A DNA stretch of 20,000 nt from Chiloscyllium plagiosum (lineage: Eukaryota). Shown one piece after another: positions 1 to 10,998 of the stretch (position 1 is the first letter of the stretch; every line of letters starts with the position of its first letter). The translations under genes and the position numbers were made by a program. A model generated the notes under the pieces. The model worked only from the letters and a program-made list of their open reading frames with translations. It did not search any database and was not told where the DNA came from. The stretch is taken from NCBI RefSeq assembly GCF_004010195.1, contig NC_057719.1, positions 59,668,438 to 59,688,437 on the forward strand. The letters are read 5' to 3'.

Positions 1-30
1 GCAGTGACCCCGCACAGCTTCTGACATTTA

Positions 31-197
31 CAATATTTAAAAGGCACTCGGATGGGTAAATGAATGGGAATGGTTTAGAGGAGTATGGGCCAAATGCAGG
101 CACATGGCACTAGACTAACTTTGGATATCTGGTGGCATGGATGAATTGGATCAAAGGGTCTGTATCCATGCTGTATGGCTCTGTGACTGTCAATGAC
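31..197 (+). mobile_element. CR1-type LINE 3' end fragment (5'-truncated)
   Basis: Alignable by eye to the CR1 3' end at 14320-14489 (atttaaaaggca..ggatgg..atgaat..ggtttagag..atgggccaaatgc..ctaga..ggatatct..gcatggatga.ttgga.caaagggtctgt..atgctgta), ending in a degenerate short-repeat tail (ctctgtgact). Confidence 0.8.
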
Positions 198-477
198 TGC
201 GGTACCTGATTTGCTTGGTCTGTTTTAGTTCTGCTTTTTCTTTTCCTCCTTTTATAGTAGAATATCCCAAGGCAAACTGTATTATTTCCTGGGTCCACGA
301 TTCATTCCTTCACCAAAATGTGCCTGCCTGAGTTCTCTGTTACAAGGAACTGATTGAAATGAAGAATAGCAGAGACTCCTTTCTGCTATAACTTAGAAGT
401 AATTTAGGAAAATATCTTCCGAGCCCCTGTGCCTTTTTTTTTTCGATGTCCCGTGAAATGAAATGGCTCAAACCCTT

Positions 478-527
478 AGGATATCTGTTCAGCATGGATG
501 CTTTGGACCGAAGGGTCTGTTTCCATG
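478..527 (+). mobile_element. Short CR1 3'-tail fragment
   Basis: taggatatctgttcagcatggatgctttggaccgaagggtctgtttccatg matches the tails at ~122-170 and ~14412-14463. Confidence 0.7.
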
Positions 528-677
528 TAATATAAGTGAGTGTTTTGTAAACCCTAAACCTGAAACCCTACCTTTGTAGGGCCTCCCACCCATCCACCTC
601 CTCTAACCTTAAACATCAGGGACACATCAGGTAAGCTTCTGTACTTTTTTTACATTCTGATAAGGGGACTAGCAGGG

Positions 678-1589
678 ATGGCAGTGCAGGGAGAGGAAAG
701 TTCCTGCTGCATGATATTTGAGGTGAGTGACGCTATTCGTCTCCCATCCAAGTACATCTGCAAGAAGTGCACCCAACTCTCGCTCCTCCAAGACTACGTT
801 AGGGAACAGGAGCGGGAGCTAGATGAACTTCGGATCATTCAGTAGGCAGAGGCTGCAATAGATAAGAGTTACAGGGACGTAGTTACTCCTAGGCATGAAG
901 AAAGCTAGGTGACTGTTCAAAGAGAGGAGAAACAGCCAGTGCAGGGATCCCCTGGGTGGTTCCCCTGAAAAACTAGTATACCATTTTGGATACTGTTGGA
1001 GGGGACAACTTACCATTGGCATGCAGTTGGGTGCAGGTCTCTGGCACAGAGTCTGTCCCTGTTGCACAGAAAGGAAGGAGGGAAAGGAGGAAAGTGTTAG
1101 TCATTGGGGACTCGATAGTTAGAGGGTCAAATAGAAGGTTTGTTGGGAACGAACGAGACTCACGGTTGGTGTGTTGCCTCCCAGTTGTCAGCGTCTGTGA
1201 TGTCTCGGATCTTTGGGGTCTTGAAGGGTGACGGTGACCAGCCCCAAGTTATGGTCCATGTAGGTACCAATGACATATGTAGAAAAGGAGATAGGGATGT
1301 AAGGCAGGATTTCAGGGAGCTAGGATGGAAGCTGAGAACTAGAACAAACATAGTTGTTATCTCTGGTTTGTTAACCATGCCACGTGATAGCGAGGCAAGG
1401 AATAGAGAGAGATATCAGCTGAACACTTGACTTCAGGGATGGTGTAGGAGGGAGGGTTTCACATATGTGGATATTTAGGCCCATTCTGGGGAAGGTGGGA
1501 CCTCTACAAACAGGACAGTCTTCACTTGAACCAGAGGGGTACCTAATATCCTAGGTGGGAAATTTGCTGGTGCTATTCGGGTAGGTTAA
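678..1589 (+). pseudogene. CR1 ORF1 remnant: Cys-rich zinc finger/leucine zipper plus SGNH esterase domain
   Basis: ATG at 678 gives MAVQGEESSCCMIFEV..YICKKCTQLSLLQDYVREQERELDELRII; later SGNH blocks VLVIGDSIVRG, VMVHVGTND and QDSLHLN (degenerate DGLH). Disrupted by stops and frameshifts. Confidence 0.85.
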
Positions 1590-1654
1590 GCTCAGCAGGG
1601 GGATGGAACCTGAGGTGTAGTTCCAGTGCATAGGAGGATGAGAGTAGGGAGGGC

Positions 1655-4458
1655 ATGGACAGGATTTCATGGTTACTGGAATGTGCTGGCAGGCAGCAAG
1701 CTGGTTTGAAGTGTGTCTACTTCAATGCCACAAGTATCCGAAATAAGGTAGGTGAGGTTGCAGCATGGATAGGTACCTGGGACTTCAATGCTGTGGCCGT
1801 TTCGGAGACCTGGATAGAGCAGGGTCAGGAATGGATGTTGCAGGTTCCAGGATTTAGATTTTTCATTAAGAACAGGGAAGGCGTTAAAAGAGGGGGAGGT
1901 GTGGCCTTGTTAGTCAAGGACAGTATAACGATGGCTGAAAGAACTTTTGATGAGGACTCGATACTGAGGTGATATGGGCTGAGGTTAGAAACGGGGGGAG
2001 AGGTCACACCACTGGAAGTTTTTTATTAGTCTCCGCAGAGTTCCAGGGATGTGGAGGAGAGGGTCAGCAAAACGATTCTGGGTAGGAGTGAAAGGAACAG
2101 GGTGGTCATTATGGGGAACTTTAACTTTCCCAACATTGATTGGAAACTCTAGTACGTCGGATGGATCAGTTTTTGTCCAATGTATGCAGGAGGGTTTCCT
2201 AACACAGAATGTCAAAGGGCCGACGAGGGGAGGCCACAGTGGATCTGGTACTTGGTAATGAACCAGGTCAGGTGTTTGAGTTAGTGGAAGGTGAGCACTT
2301 TAGAGAGAGTGACCGTAATTCGGTTCCGTTTAGTGATGGAAAGGGATAGATACGTGCCATGGGCAAGAGTTATAAATGCGGGAAGGGCAATTATAATGCG
2401 AATAGGCAAGACTTAGGATGCATAGAATGGGGTAGCAAAATGCAAGGGATGGCGACAATCGAAATGTGGAGCTGGTTTAAGGAACAGATATTAAATGTCC
2501 TTGACAGGTATGTCCCTGTCAGGCAGGGACGAAGTGATAAGGTAAGGGAACCATGGTTTACTAAAGAAATTGCATCTCTTGTTAAGCAGAAGAAGGAGGC
2601 TTATGTGACGTTGAGACGAGATGGTTGCGATGAGGCGATGGTGAGTTACAGATTAGCTATGAAGGATTGAAAGAGAGAGTTAAGAAGGGCAAGGAGAGGA
2701 CATGAGCTGTCTTTAGCAGGTAGAATAAAGGAGAACCCTAAAGCTTTCTATCGGTATGTGAGGACTAAAAGGATGACTAGGGTAAGAATAGGTCCAGTCA
2801 AAGTCAGAAATGGGAGGTTTTCTGTGGACCCTGTGGAGATTGGAGACGTGCTGAGTGAATATTTCTCATATGTTTTCACTCAGGAAAAGGAGAATATTGT
2901 AGAGGAGAAGAATGAGATACGGGATATTAAACTAGAAAAGATTCAGGTTAGTAAGGAGGAGGTGCTACCAATTCTAGAAGGAATGAAAGTAGACAACTCC
3001 CCTGGGCCCGATGGGATTTATCCAAGAATTCTCTGGGAAGCTAGGAAGGAGATGTTGGAGCCTTTGGCCTTGATCTTTGAGTCGTCATTGTCTACAGGTT
3101 TAGTACCAGAGGACTGGAGGATTGCAAATGTTGTGCCGTTGTTCAAGAAGGACAGTAGAGATGACCCAGGTAATTATAGATCAGTGTGCCTTGCGTCTGC
3201 TGTAGGAAAAGTTTTGGAAAGGATTATAAGATACAGGATTTATAATCATCTAGGAAGCAACAATTTGATTGCAGATAGTCAGCATGGTTTTGTCAAGGGC
3301 AGGTCATGTCTTACAAACCTCTGAGTTTTTTTGAGAAGGTGACCAAGCGTGTGGATGAGGGTAGGGCAGTTGACCTGGTTTACATGGACTTCAGTAAAGC
3401 CTTTGATAAGGTTCCACATGGTGGGCTGTTGGAGAAAATGCAGAGGCATGGGATTGAGGATGATTTAGCAGTTTGGATTAGAAGCTGGCTTTCTATAAGA
3501 AAGCAGCGAGTAGTGGTTGATGGAAAACATTCAGCCTGAAGTCCGGTAACTAGTGGTGTACCACAAGGATCTGTTTTTGGGACCACTGCTGTTTGTCATT
3601 TTTTAAAATGACTTGGGCGCAGGCATAATTGGATGGGTTAGTAAGTTTGCAGATGACACTAAAGTTGGTGGAGTAGTGGACAATGTAGAAGAATATTGCA
3701 GGTTGCAGGGGGACTTGGATAAACTGCAGAATTGGGCTGTAAGGTGGCAAATCGAGTTCAATGCAGATAAATGTGAGGTGATTCACTTTGGGAAGAATAA
3801 CAGGAAGGCAGAATACTGGGTCAATGGAAAGATTCTTGGTTGTGTTGATGTGCAGTGGGATCTTGGAGTCCATGTACGTAGATTCCAGAAAGTTGCCACC
3901 CAGGTTGATAGTGCTGTTAAGAAGGCATACGGTGTGTTAGGTTTTATGGGTAGAGGGATTGAGTTCCGGAGCCGTAAAGTCATGCTGCAACTATATGAAA
4001 AGCTAGTGCTGCCGCACTTGGAATATTGTGTACAGTCCTGTTTGCCCCATCACAGGAAGGATGTGGAAGCATTGGAAAAGGTGCAGAGGATATTTACCAG
4101 GATGTTGTCTGATCTGGAGGGAAGGTCTTATGAGGAAAAGCTGAGAGATTTGGGTCTGTTCTCATTGGAAAGAAGAAGGCTAAGAGGGAATTTGATAGAG
4201 ACATACAAGATGATCAGTGGATTAGATAGGGTAGAAAGTGAAAGACTTTTTCCTCAGATGATGACGTCAGCTTGTACAAAGGGGCATAGCTACAAGTTGA
4301 GAGGTGATAGATTTAAGACAGATGTCAGAGGCAGGTTCTTTATGCAGCAAGTGGTAAGGGAATGGAATGCCCTCCCTGCCAATATTGCTAACTCAGCCAC
4401 ATTAGGGACATTTAAACAATCCTTGGATAAGGACATGGATGACGTTGAGATAGTGTAG
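1655..4458 (+). pseudogene. CR1 ORF2 remnant: APE endonuclease plus reverse transcriptase
   Basis: APE: LKCVYFNATSIRNK, AVSETW, KRGGGVALLVK. RT region: SPGPDGIYPRIL, DWRIANVVPLFKK, QHGFVKGRSCLTNL, YMDFSKAFDKVPH, SGVPQGSV, KFADDTK. C-terminus LGLFSLERRRLRGNLIETYK. Split across several ORFs in the supplied track. Confidence 0.93.
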
Positions 4459-5551
4459 GGGCATGGGCCTAGATTAGTTCACAGGTCTGCGCAACATCGA
4501 GGGCCGAAGGGCCTGTTCTGCGCTGTATTGTTCTATGTTCTAAGCCTGCAAATTCTGCCTTCTGCCATTTGCATTTAGTATGGCTGGCATTTTGGTTTGC
4601 ACCCATTGGGGATGTTTTCCTCCATTGATATTCCCAAAGTTTTAAAAACCATTTTTAACCTCAATAAAAGGGTTAGATATCACTATTAATAATCATACTA
4701 GAATGATGGTTATTTAGGTAAGATATCAGATATTTCTAGATAGATGACTTCTGTCCATTTTAGGAGACAGTGTGTGCCTGGAGTATATGTCAGTTTTGGA
4801 TTTATCATTGACTGTTGTGGCTGCAGTGGCAGATTTGCAAGTGACAGACTCTTTTTACAGCTGGCGCAGATGAACAATATTGGCCTGAGGTTCTCTGATT
4901 TTTTTTCTTCTCCCTTCAGGCAAGCTTGTTATTGGTTTCCTCTATTGTCTGGTCATTTCTTTTGCCCTCTGCTTTTTCCCCTTCCAGACTGTTTGTCTGC
5001 AGGCACTCTGCTCAATAGTGAGGATTTCCACGCATCAATTTGAGTCACAGTTAACTTGAGGTCTCTGGTTAATTTGATGCATCAAATGTGTTAGTGTAAA
5101 GGGTGGCACATAGTAATTTCTCTGCTTGTTACCTCTTGCCTTCAGCTCTTGCTTCTGGTTTGTGTATCAGTGTGTAAAACTATATAAACCTCTCCAGTTT
5201 ATACATAGCCTCTTTTTCAGCAAACACTACATAGTGTTTCCCTGTGGCGATATAGATAAATTGTGTACTTTGTGGACCACTGCTACCTGCAAAGTATTCG
5301 GAGGAGAATTCCAGTTAACTATGCGATACACATCAACAAAGAAAGAATGCTTAAAGTCGGAAAGGGTGAATAGAACCTTTCATAATGCTTGTTTTCCATT
5401 TACTTTTGGCTTAATGCAATAGCAGTTGCAGTGGATTCATTCAAAACTGAGTCATATGCTGAAGTTCAGTTTGATAATCTTGAATAAGTTTATGAACTTT
5501 GTTTATTCTAATTTAAAGTAGTTATTCATGCTGCCTGACTTTTGGGTATAG

Positions 5552-5711
5552 GATCTCCTTTATAGACGAGCACGGTCACTAGTGGATTATGAAAATGCAA
5601 ACAAGCTACTGGATAGATCAAGAGCTAAAAACAAAGATGTGCTTCAAGCTGAGACCAACCAGCAGTTATGTTGTCAGAAATACGAGAAACTTTCAGAGTC
5701 AGCAAAACAAG
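5552..5711 (+). CDS. SNX6: Sorting nexin 6, third-from-last coding exon (BAR domain)
   Basis: tag|GAT...CAAG|gtaaat, 160 nt, phase 0 to 1. Translates to DLLYRRARSLVDYENANKLLDRSRAKNKDVLQAETNQQLCCQKYEKLSESAKQ, matching my recollection of vertebrate SNX6 (SLVDYENANK, KNKDVLQAET, QQLCCQK) rather than SNX5. Confidence 0.95.
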
Positions 5712-6074
5712 GTAAATACAATTATTATAACTTAGGATTACTATTTGTAACTAACATCGTCCTCCACACAAATGAGTATTTTGCTAGTGGCTGTAGAGAT
5801 ACTTTTCAGGAGATTTGGTTCTCAGTCTGCTTCTCTGGCCTTTCAATTGAGTAGCAACGCAAGGAAATAGAAATGATTAATGTGCCTATTTCTTTTTTGC
5901 AAGATGAATAAGGAAAATAGCTGTAAATGTTTCTTTGTAAATTAGAAGTAACTTCATAAAGTCTTGTCATTGCAGTGGGGGTCCCAACTAGAGGCAGAAA
6001 GGCTTAAGGGAAGCCTTATAAATTCCTTGCTGCCTTCCACATGGATCAGACAGCTGATTAGTAGCTGTCAGGTA

Positions 6075-7160
6075 TGAAAACAGAATTTGCTGCCAAGACT
6101 CAGCAGGTCTGGCAGCATCTGTGGGTAGACTTAATGTTTTGAACCCATTGACTTTCATCAGAAGTGATGTCAGCTAGGAAAAAGTTGCATTTATGCTGAA
6201 GATGGCTGGGAAGAGGGCCGGTACAATACAGCAAGCCAGCAATATATATTTTGCAGAGGAATGCAGTGGTGTACTAAAGGTAACTGGAAGCTCAGCAGGT
6301 ATTCTGCAAAGCGGTCATGTAGTCTGATTCATTTCATTTATCCTGTAGCGAAGAGACCATACTCTGAATAGTGAATACAGTAGACTATGTTGAGTAAAGT
6401 ACAAGTAAATCGCTGCTTCACCTGGTGATGTTTCTGGGGCTTGGGAAGGAGGAGGGGAAAGGTAAATGGGCAGTTGCTACAACTTCTGTGATTGCATGGG
6501 AAGGTGCTGTGGGGGTGTTAGAAATGAAGGAGAAATGGATCAGGGTGTTCTGGAGGCAACAGTCCCTGAGGAATTCTGACAAACGAGAAGATGGGAATAT
6601 GTATCTGAAGGTGGCATCCCACTGGAGGTAATGGAAATGCCAGCTAATTATACTTTGGAGGCTGGTAGGATGGTAAATCAGGGTTAGGGAAGCCTTATCA
6701 CTGTTGAGGGGGAAGAGAATGGGTGAGGGCTGAATTGCAAGAGATGGGTCAGGTATGGTTAATGATACTGTCAATCACAGTAGCGGGGAATCTTCGTTTG
6801 AGGTAAAAGATGGATGTTTCTGAGGCCCCCCTGCAACAGATGGCATTGTTAGAACAGATACAATGGAAAAATTGTGAAATGGAGACCTTACAGGAAGCAG
6901 GATAAGGATGTATATTGCAGATAACTGTGGGATTTGGTGTGTTGGTGGCCGTCCTATCTGCAGATGTCAAGGAGGGGAAAGGAGGATTCAGAAATGTACC
7001 AGGTGAAGGTGGGAGCAAGGTGGAAACTGTAAGCAAAATTGATTTTTTTAAAAAATTCAGGACAAGATAGGGAAGCAGCACTGATGATATCATCAATATA
7101 CAGAAAATGATTTGTGGGGAAGGGCCCAAATGGGACTGGAAGAAGGGATGTTCCATGATT
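6075..7160 (-). mobile_element. Decayed Penelope-like retroelement (RT C-terminal half, GIY-YIG endonuclease, terminal repeat)
   Basis: Minus strand: FLYIDDII (YIDD at 7089-7100), LTLIYHPTSL..IFPSSRLSEFLRDCCLQNTLIH linker, and KQRFTCTLLNIVYCIH (GIY-YIG start, ~6370-6420). The terminal repeat at 6075-6165 is shared with 9115-9248 and 18104-18310. Confidence 0.85.
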
Positions 7161-8159
7161 GCCAAGCTGCTTTCTCTCCGGAGTAGCTGTTGATGCATCT
7201 TGTCCTTTTAAAAGAATATCCCCGTCTCAGCGAACTGCCAACCAATAGGACTGTTGTCAGCTCAGCGTCTGTGACATCACTGGAAGCAGTGGCCCAGTAA
7301 CTGGGACTGCACCTCAAAGAGGAGGATGCTGTAGAAGCACAACAGCAAACAGGTAAATGAGGGCACCAGTTAGGGAGGATCAGGATGGTTGTTGGTGAGC
7401 ACTGTTAGGAGTGACTACTGCTGCCCAAGGCACCATGCTATAGGTTACAATGCCTGAAAAGAAGACAGGCGCTTCCCAAACCTGCAGAGAGGTTCACCAA
7501 GTCGTCATCTTAGGCGATGGAGGCCCTAATTGCAAGTAAGATTCTGGATGGAAATGTTCATTGGCAATTTTAGTGGCTCATTTGGCCTGAAAGTGTGAAG
7601 ACTATTCTCCTTCCACCCCCCCCCCAATCCCTCCACACTGTTAAAATGCATGACAACCAGAAGATGATGGACGTTCCACTTGCTGCATTCTTCCTACTCC
7701 TCTCCATTTTACAGCAACCCCTTTGCCTTCCAGCCGTCCACAGTAGATTGGTAAAATCCAGCAACAGTACCTTGGTCTAAATTTTCTGCTGACTAGATCA
7801 TTGTTATGACACTGTAGGGGCTTGTGCCTGGGCATCTTCCAGAATCTTCACAGTAACGTAATCTGTGGAAAAAAAAAATGCCCAGGAAATTGAGTTTCCT
7901 GCTGGGAAACTCTCCAAAAAATTCCATTTAAATTGGAGACTTTGGAGGATTCTGATGAAGTTAAGTGAGTAGTTAATTAGTAAAAGTTAAACTATTAAAT
8001 ACATAGTATAACTCCTGAGTAAGTGGACTAATCTTCTAATTAAATAGGAAATAAGAATATGAAAATACATTTGAACATCTATCATTTGTTGTCTTGATGT
8101 TTAAAGGTGTATCAACTTATTTAAAATTATGTATTTTGATAATTAAACTTTGTTTCTAG

Positions 8160-8245
8160 AGCTTATAGACTTTAAAACTCGGAGAGTTGCAGCTTTTCGA
8201 AAAAATCTTGTAGAATTGGCAGAACTGGAACTAAAGCATTCTAAG
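8160..8245 (+). CDS. SNX6: Sorting nexin 6, penultimate coding exon
   Basis: tttgtttctag|AG...AAG|gtaata, 86 nt, phase 1 to 0, in frame with the previous exon: (E)LIDFKTRRVAAFRKNLVELAELELKHSK. Confidence 0.96.
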
Positions 8246-9114
8246 GTAATATCTTTTTACATGTTATATCCGTTTGAAATCTTTCCTGGCTTATAGCTTG
8301 CATTAATAGGCATTGATGTTTTAAGGTTTTTAAATTTGAAGAAAAGGAACAAAACTTCATGTTCCACTAAACCTACATTTGCTTTCATATCTCAGAACTT
8401 TTGGGTTGTTCAACCAATATACTCTAAATTGTCCTGTGCTTGTTTCTAGATGCCACTTTTTCAACAATGCTGTGGATATTCCATCTGATGCTCTTTTTCC
8501 TTCTGGAAAATTTTTGTCTCTGACGTATTAATCAAAACTAAATAATAAGCTGCTGTAATAAGGCCCTTTAGTCTACACCTTTTGCTTGCTATATGACCTC
8601 ACCTATAAATTATAAACCTCCTTTATTTAAAGAGCAAGCAGACAGTATCAGAAAAGGGAATGCAGTTGATGTCAACTTAGATGCTATGGCTGATTTCAGA
8701 ATACATTAAAAATGCCACAAATATACTTTGTAATGCATAGTCCAGGTTAGCTGCTTCAATTTGATTTGTCCAATCTACATGAAGGTAACAATCTACCAAG
8801 ATTATTGTAATAACTTTCTTACAAGTCCTCATTATTTCTTGATTGGTGTACAGTCTCTTTTTGCTATCAGGGGTCTATAAATTAGCCTACCTTGACAACT
8901 TCTCTTTGCTATTTCTAATCGCTGTCCAAACTGATTTTCCATTTGATTCTCCAAGTCAACGTCTTTTTCAACTACTGTATTGACATCATAGATTGCTAGT
9001 GTGATCCTACCTCCTTACATTTCTTCCTGTCTTTTCAAAATGTTAAATACTCTTAAATAAGTCACTTTGCAGCCATGCCTGTAATGGTTAAAATAATGCT
9101 CACTTATTTCTATA

Positions 9115-9248
9115 ATAAAACAAAAGAACTGCGATTGCTGAAGATCTGAAACAAAAACAGAAATTGCTGAGAAACTCAGCATGTCTGGCAGCATCTGTGG
9201 AGAGAAAGCAGAGTTAATGTTTTGAGTCCAGTGACCCTTCTTTGGAAC
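9115..9248 (-). mobile_element. Solo Penelope-like terminal repeat fragment
   Basis: aaaaacagaaattgctgagaaactcagcatgtctggcagcatctgtggagagaaagcagagttaatgttttgagtcc aligns with 6075-6160 and with the reverse complement of 18178-18310. Confidence 0.8.
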
Positions 9249-9643
9249 ACTTATTTCATTTTTTTTCATTTGTATTATCATTCCATTTTGTTATGGATAC
9301 TGCACACATTCAGATAAAGAACCCTTTCACTTTGTCTTTTTCCTTCCTGTTGTACACTTGTTGTTGTTACCTGTTTTACTACCCTGCAGTATTGCACATC
9401 ACCTACTCTATCACCTTTACAGTGTTTTATTAAATATACTAGGTTCCCAGTTAAGAAATTTTACTCAATGATTTTCTTTAGTACGTATGGAGCTGAAATA
9501 GTTGAGCTATTAATTTAGTACAATGCTTCTTTTCTATCACCATAGAACCATTTAAACTATTGTCTCAATTTAGAGAGGTAAAAGAAATGAACCTTCCTGA
9601 TCAACTAGCTGCTAACCTAATCAATGACTCTAGGCTTCATCCA

Positions 9644-9750
9644 TCCAAAAGAGTGTCATATTGGACTTGAAATGTTTAGATGCTCACAGACCTGCTGAGT
9701 TTCTTCAAGACTTTGTTTTTATTCCATCTGTCAGTCCGCGTTTTTTTTTG
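9644..9750 (+). mobile_element. Degenerate Penelope-like terminal repeat fragment
   Basis: ggacttgaaatgtt..agatgct..agacctgctgagtttct..ttgtttttatt resembles 18195-18290; opposite orientation to 9115-9248. Confidence 0.6.
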
Positions 9751-10173
9751 TAAAAGACCAGACAGCACAAACTCCTTTACTTACCAACATTCTAGAATTG
9801 AGTACTCTGCCTCACCATTTTTGCTTAACAAAACCTTATATTTGTGCAGTAACACTTTTCCATTACCCAGCTCAGCTAACTGCCTCTTCTCATTCCACTT
9901 ACTTGCACTGGAATTTTTTTATTCGTGAATCATTACTACTGGAGTCTTCCAATGATCAGACATTGACTCTCCCACTTATTATTGTCGACATGTTTTTCCC
10001 TTGTCAACATCACGTGAAGTCCCAATATCAGTTTTTCATGCTGTACCTCACCGTGAATTCTATTGATTTGTCAATTGCCTGTGTTGTCAGCCAGCTATTC
10101 CCAAATCTAGTACTGGTTAAACAGAAATGTTCTCCAATTAAACATTGTGAATGTTAACATCACTGTATTTGAC

Positions 10174-10275
10174 AAAAGCAAAAGACTGGAATTTTGAAAT
10201 AAAATGGCAAGACAGGCAATATTTGTGTGCAGAAACTTTGAGTTAACATTTCAAGTTGATCACCCTTTGATAGAA
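10174..10275 (-). mobile_element. Highly degenerate Penelope-like terminal repeat fragment
   Basis: aaaagcaaaagactgg..tgaaataaaa..caggcaatatttgtg..gagttaacatttcaagt..caccctt resembles 9115-9248. Confidence 0.45.
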
Positions 10276-10944
10276 GTTGTTGAATTATTTGTAGTGATAG
10301 ACAATAGTTAAAAGCTCTTTACTAACTTGTAACGAAAGCAACAATTACTTTCAAACCTTGCATCTGTTATCTGTTATACCCCAAACACGTGGAGATGACA
10401 AATGAGCCAAGTCCTAACTCTCAAAAATAGTGTTTCAATTTTGTTGTAAGGATTGCCACTAATTAAAAAAGGTTTTCCTGAATAATGTAGCTCTGTGAAT
10501 ATTGCAATATTTGAAATGACAGAAGTTCTTGTATGGAACAGAAATTATTTTGTTGAAAGCAAGTGTTTTAACATTTTTCTGAGAATTAGGATCAGAGAGC
10601 TCTTTTTATATGTATGTATTTTAATTTTGTAAATATTGTTCTTATATATGCATGTTGGGGTGATAGTATTATGGGGAACTGGTTAACTGTTAAGTGTGAT
10701 TCGAATACTTATTGACATGAAATTTTAATCGTGCTTACACGTTTCTAGACATCTGTATGTATCTCATATCCTTGCTATCAAAAAACCTTAAATGTCTCAA
10801 GTATTTTCAGCTGCATAAACTGTACTTATGAACTTTGGTGCAATTGATCAAGTTTCAATTCAGAAAACATTGAGTTGAATCAGATGTGTTTTCTTTTCCT
10901 CAAAATCTTAGCAAAGTGATTGCATTTCTATTTTGTACCCACAG

Positions 10945-10998
10945 GGACACTTGCAGTTGCTGCAGAGCTGTCTTGTTGCACTTAAAGGTGACAACTAG
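10945..10998 (+). CDS. SNX6: Sorting nexin 6, last coding exon (to stop codon)
   Basis: tttctattttgtacccacag|GGA CAC TTG...AAC TAG gives GHLQLLQSCLVALKGDN*, comparable to the mammalian SNX6 C-terminus as recalled (GNLQLLQNCLAVLNGDT). Confidence 0.93.
   Translation, partial: GHLQLLQSCLVALKGDN

Larger units (their letters stand above)
535..4542 (+). mobile_element. Near full-length, inactivated CR1-clade LINE (shark HER1-like), sense orientation in an SNX6 intron
   Basis: ORF1 and ORF2 remnants in the expected order; 3' end gggccgaagggcctgttctgcgctgtattgttctatgttcta with a (TTCTATG)n-type tail. Many stops and frameshifts. The 5' boundary is approximate. Confidence 0.93.

Noticed and set aside
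549..572. Telomere-like aaccctaaacctgaaaccctacc
   Set aside because: Only one exact CCCTAA; not a tandem array.
3613..4458. 281-aa ORF as an intact or domesticated gene
   Set aside because: It is the C-terminal piece of the frameshifted CR1 ORF2 and starts at a non-ATG codon in the middle of the RT.
520..4560. Target-site duplication around the long CR1
   Set aside because: No matching direct repeat found at either end, and the 5' boundary is uncertain.
5712..5854. Extension of ORF 5582-5854 beyond the SNX6 exon
   Set aside because: SNX6 similarity stops at the GT donor at 5712; the rest is intron read-through.
7881..7906. Small hairpin caggaaa-ttgag-tttcctg
   Set aside because: A 7-bp stem is expected by chance in 20 kb.
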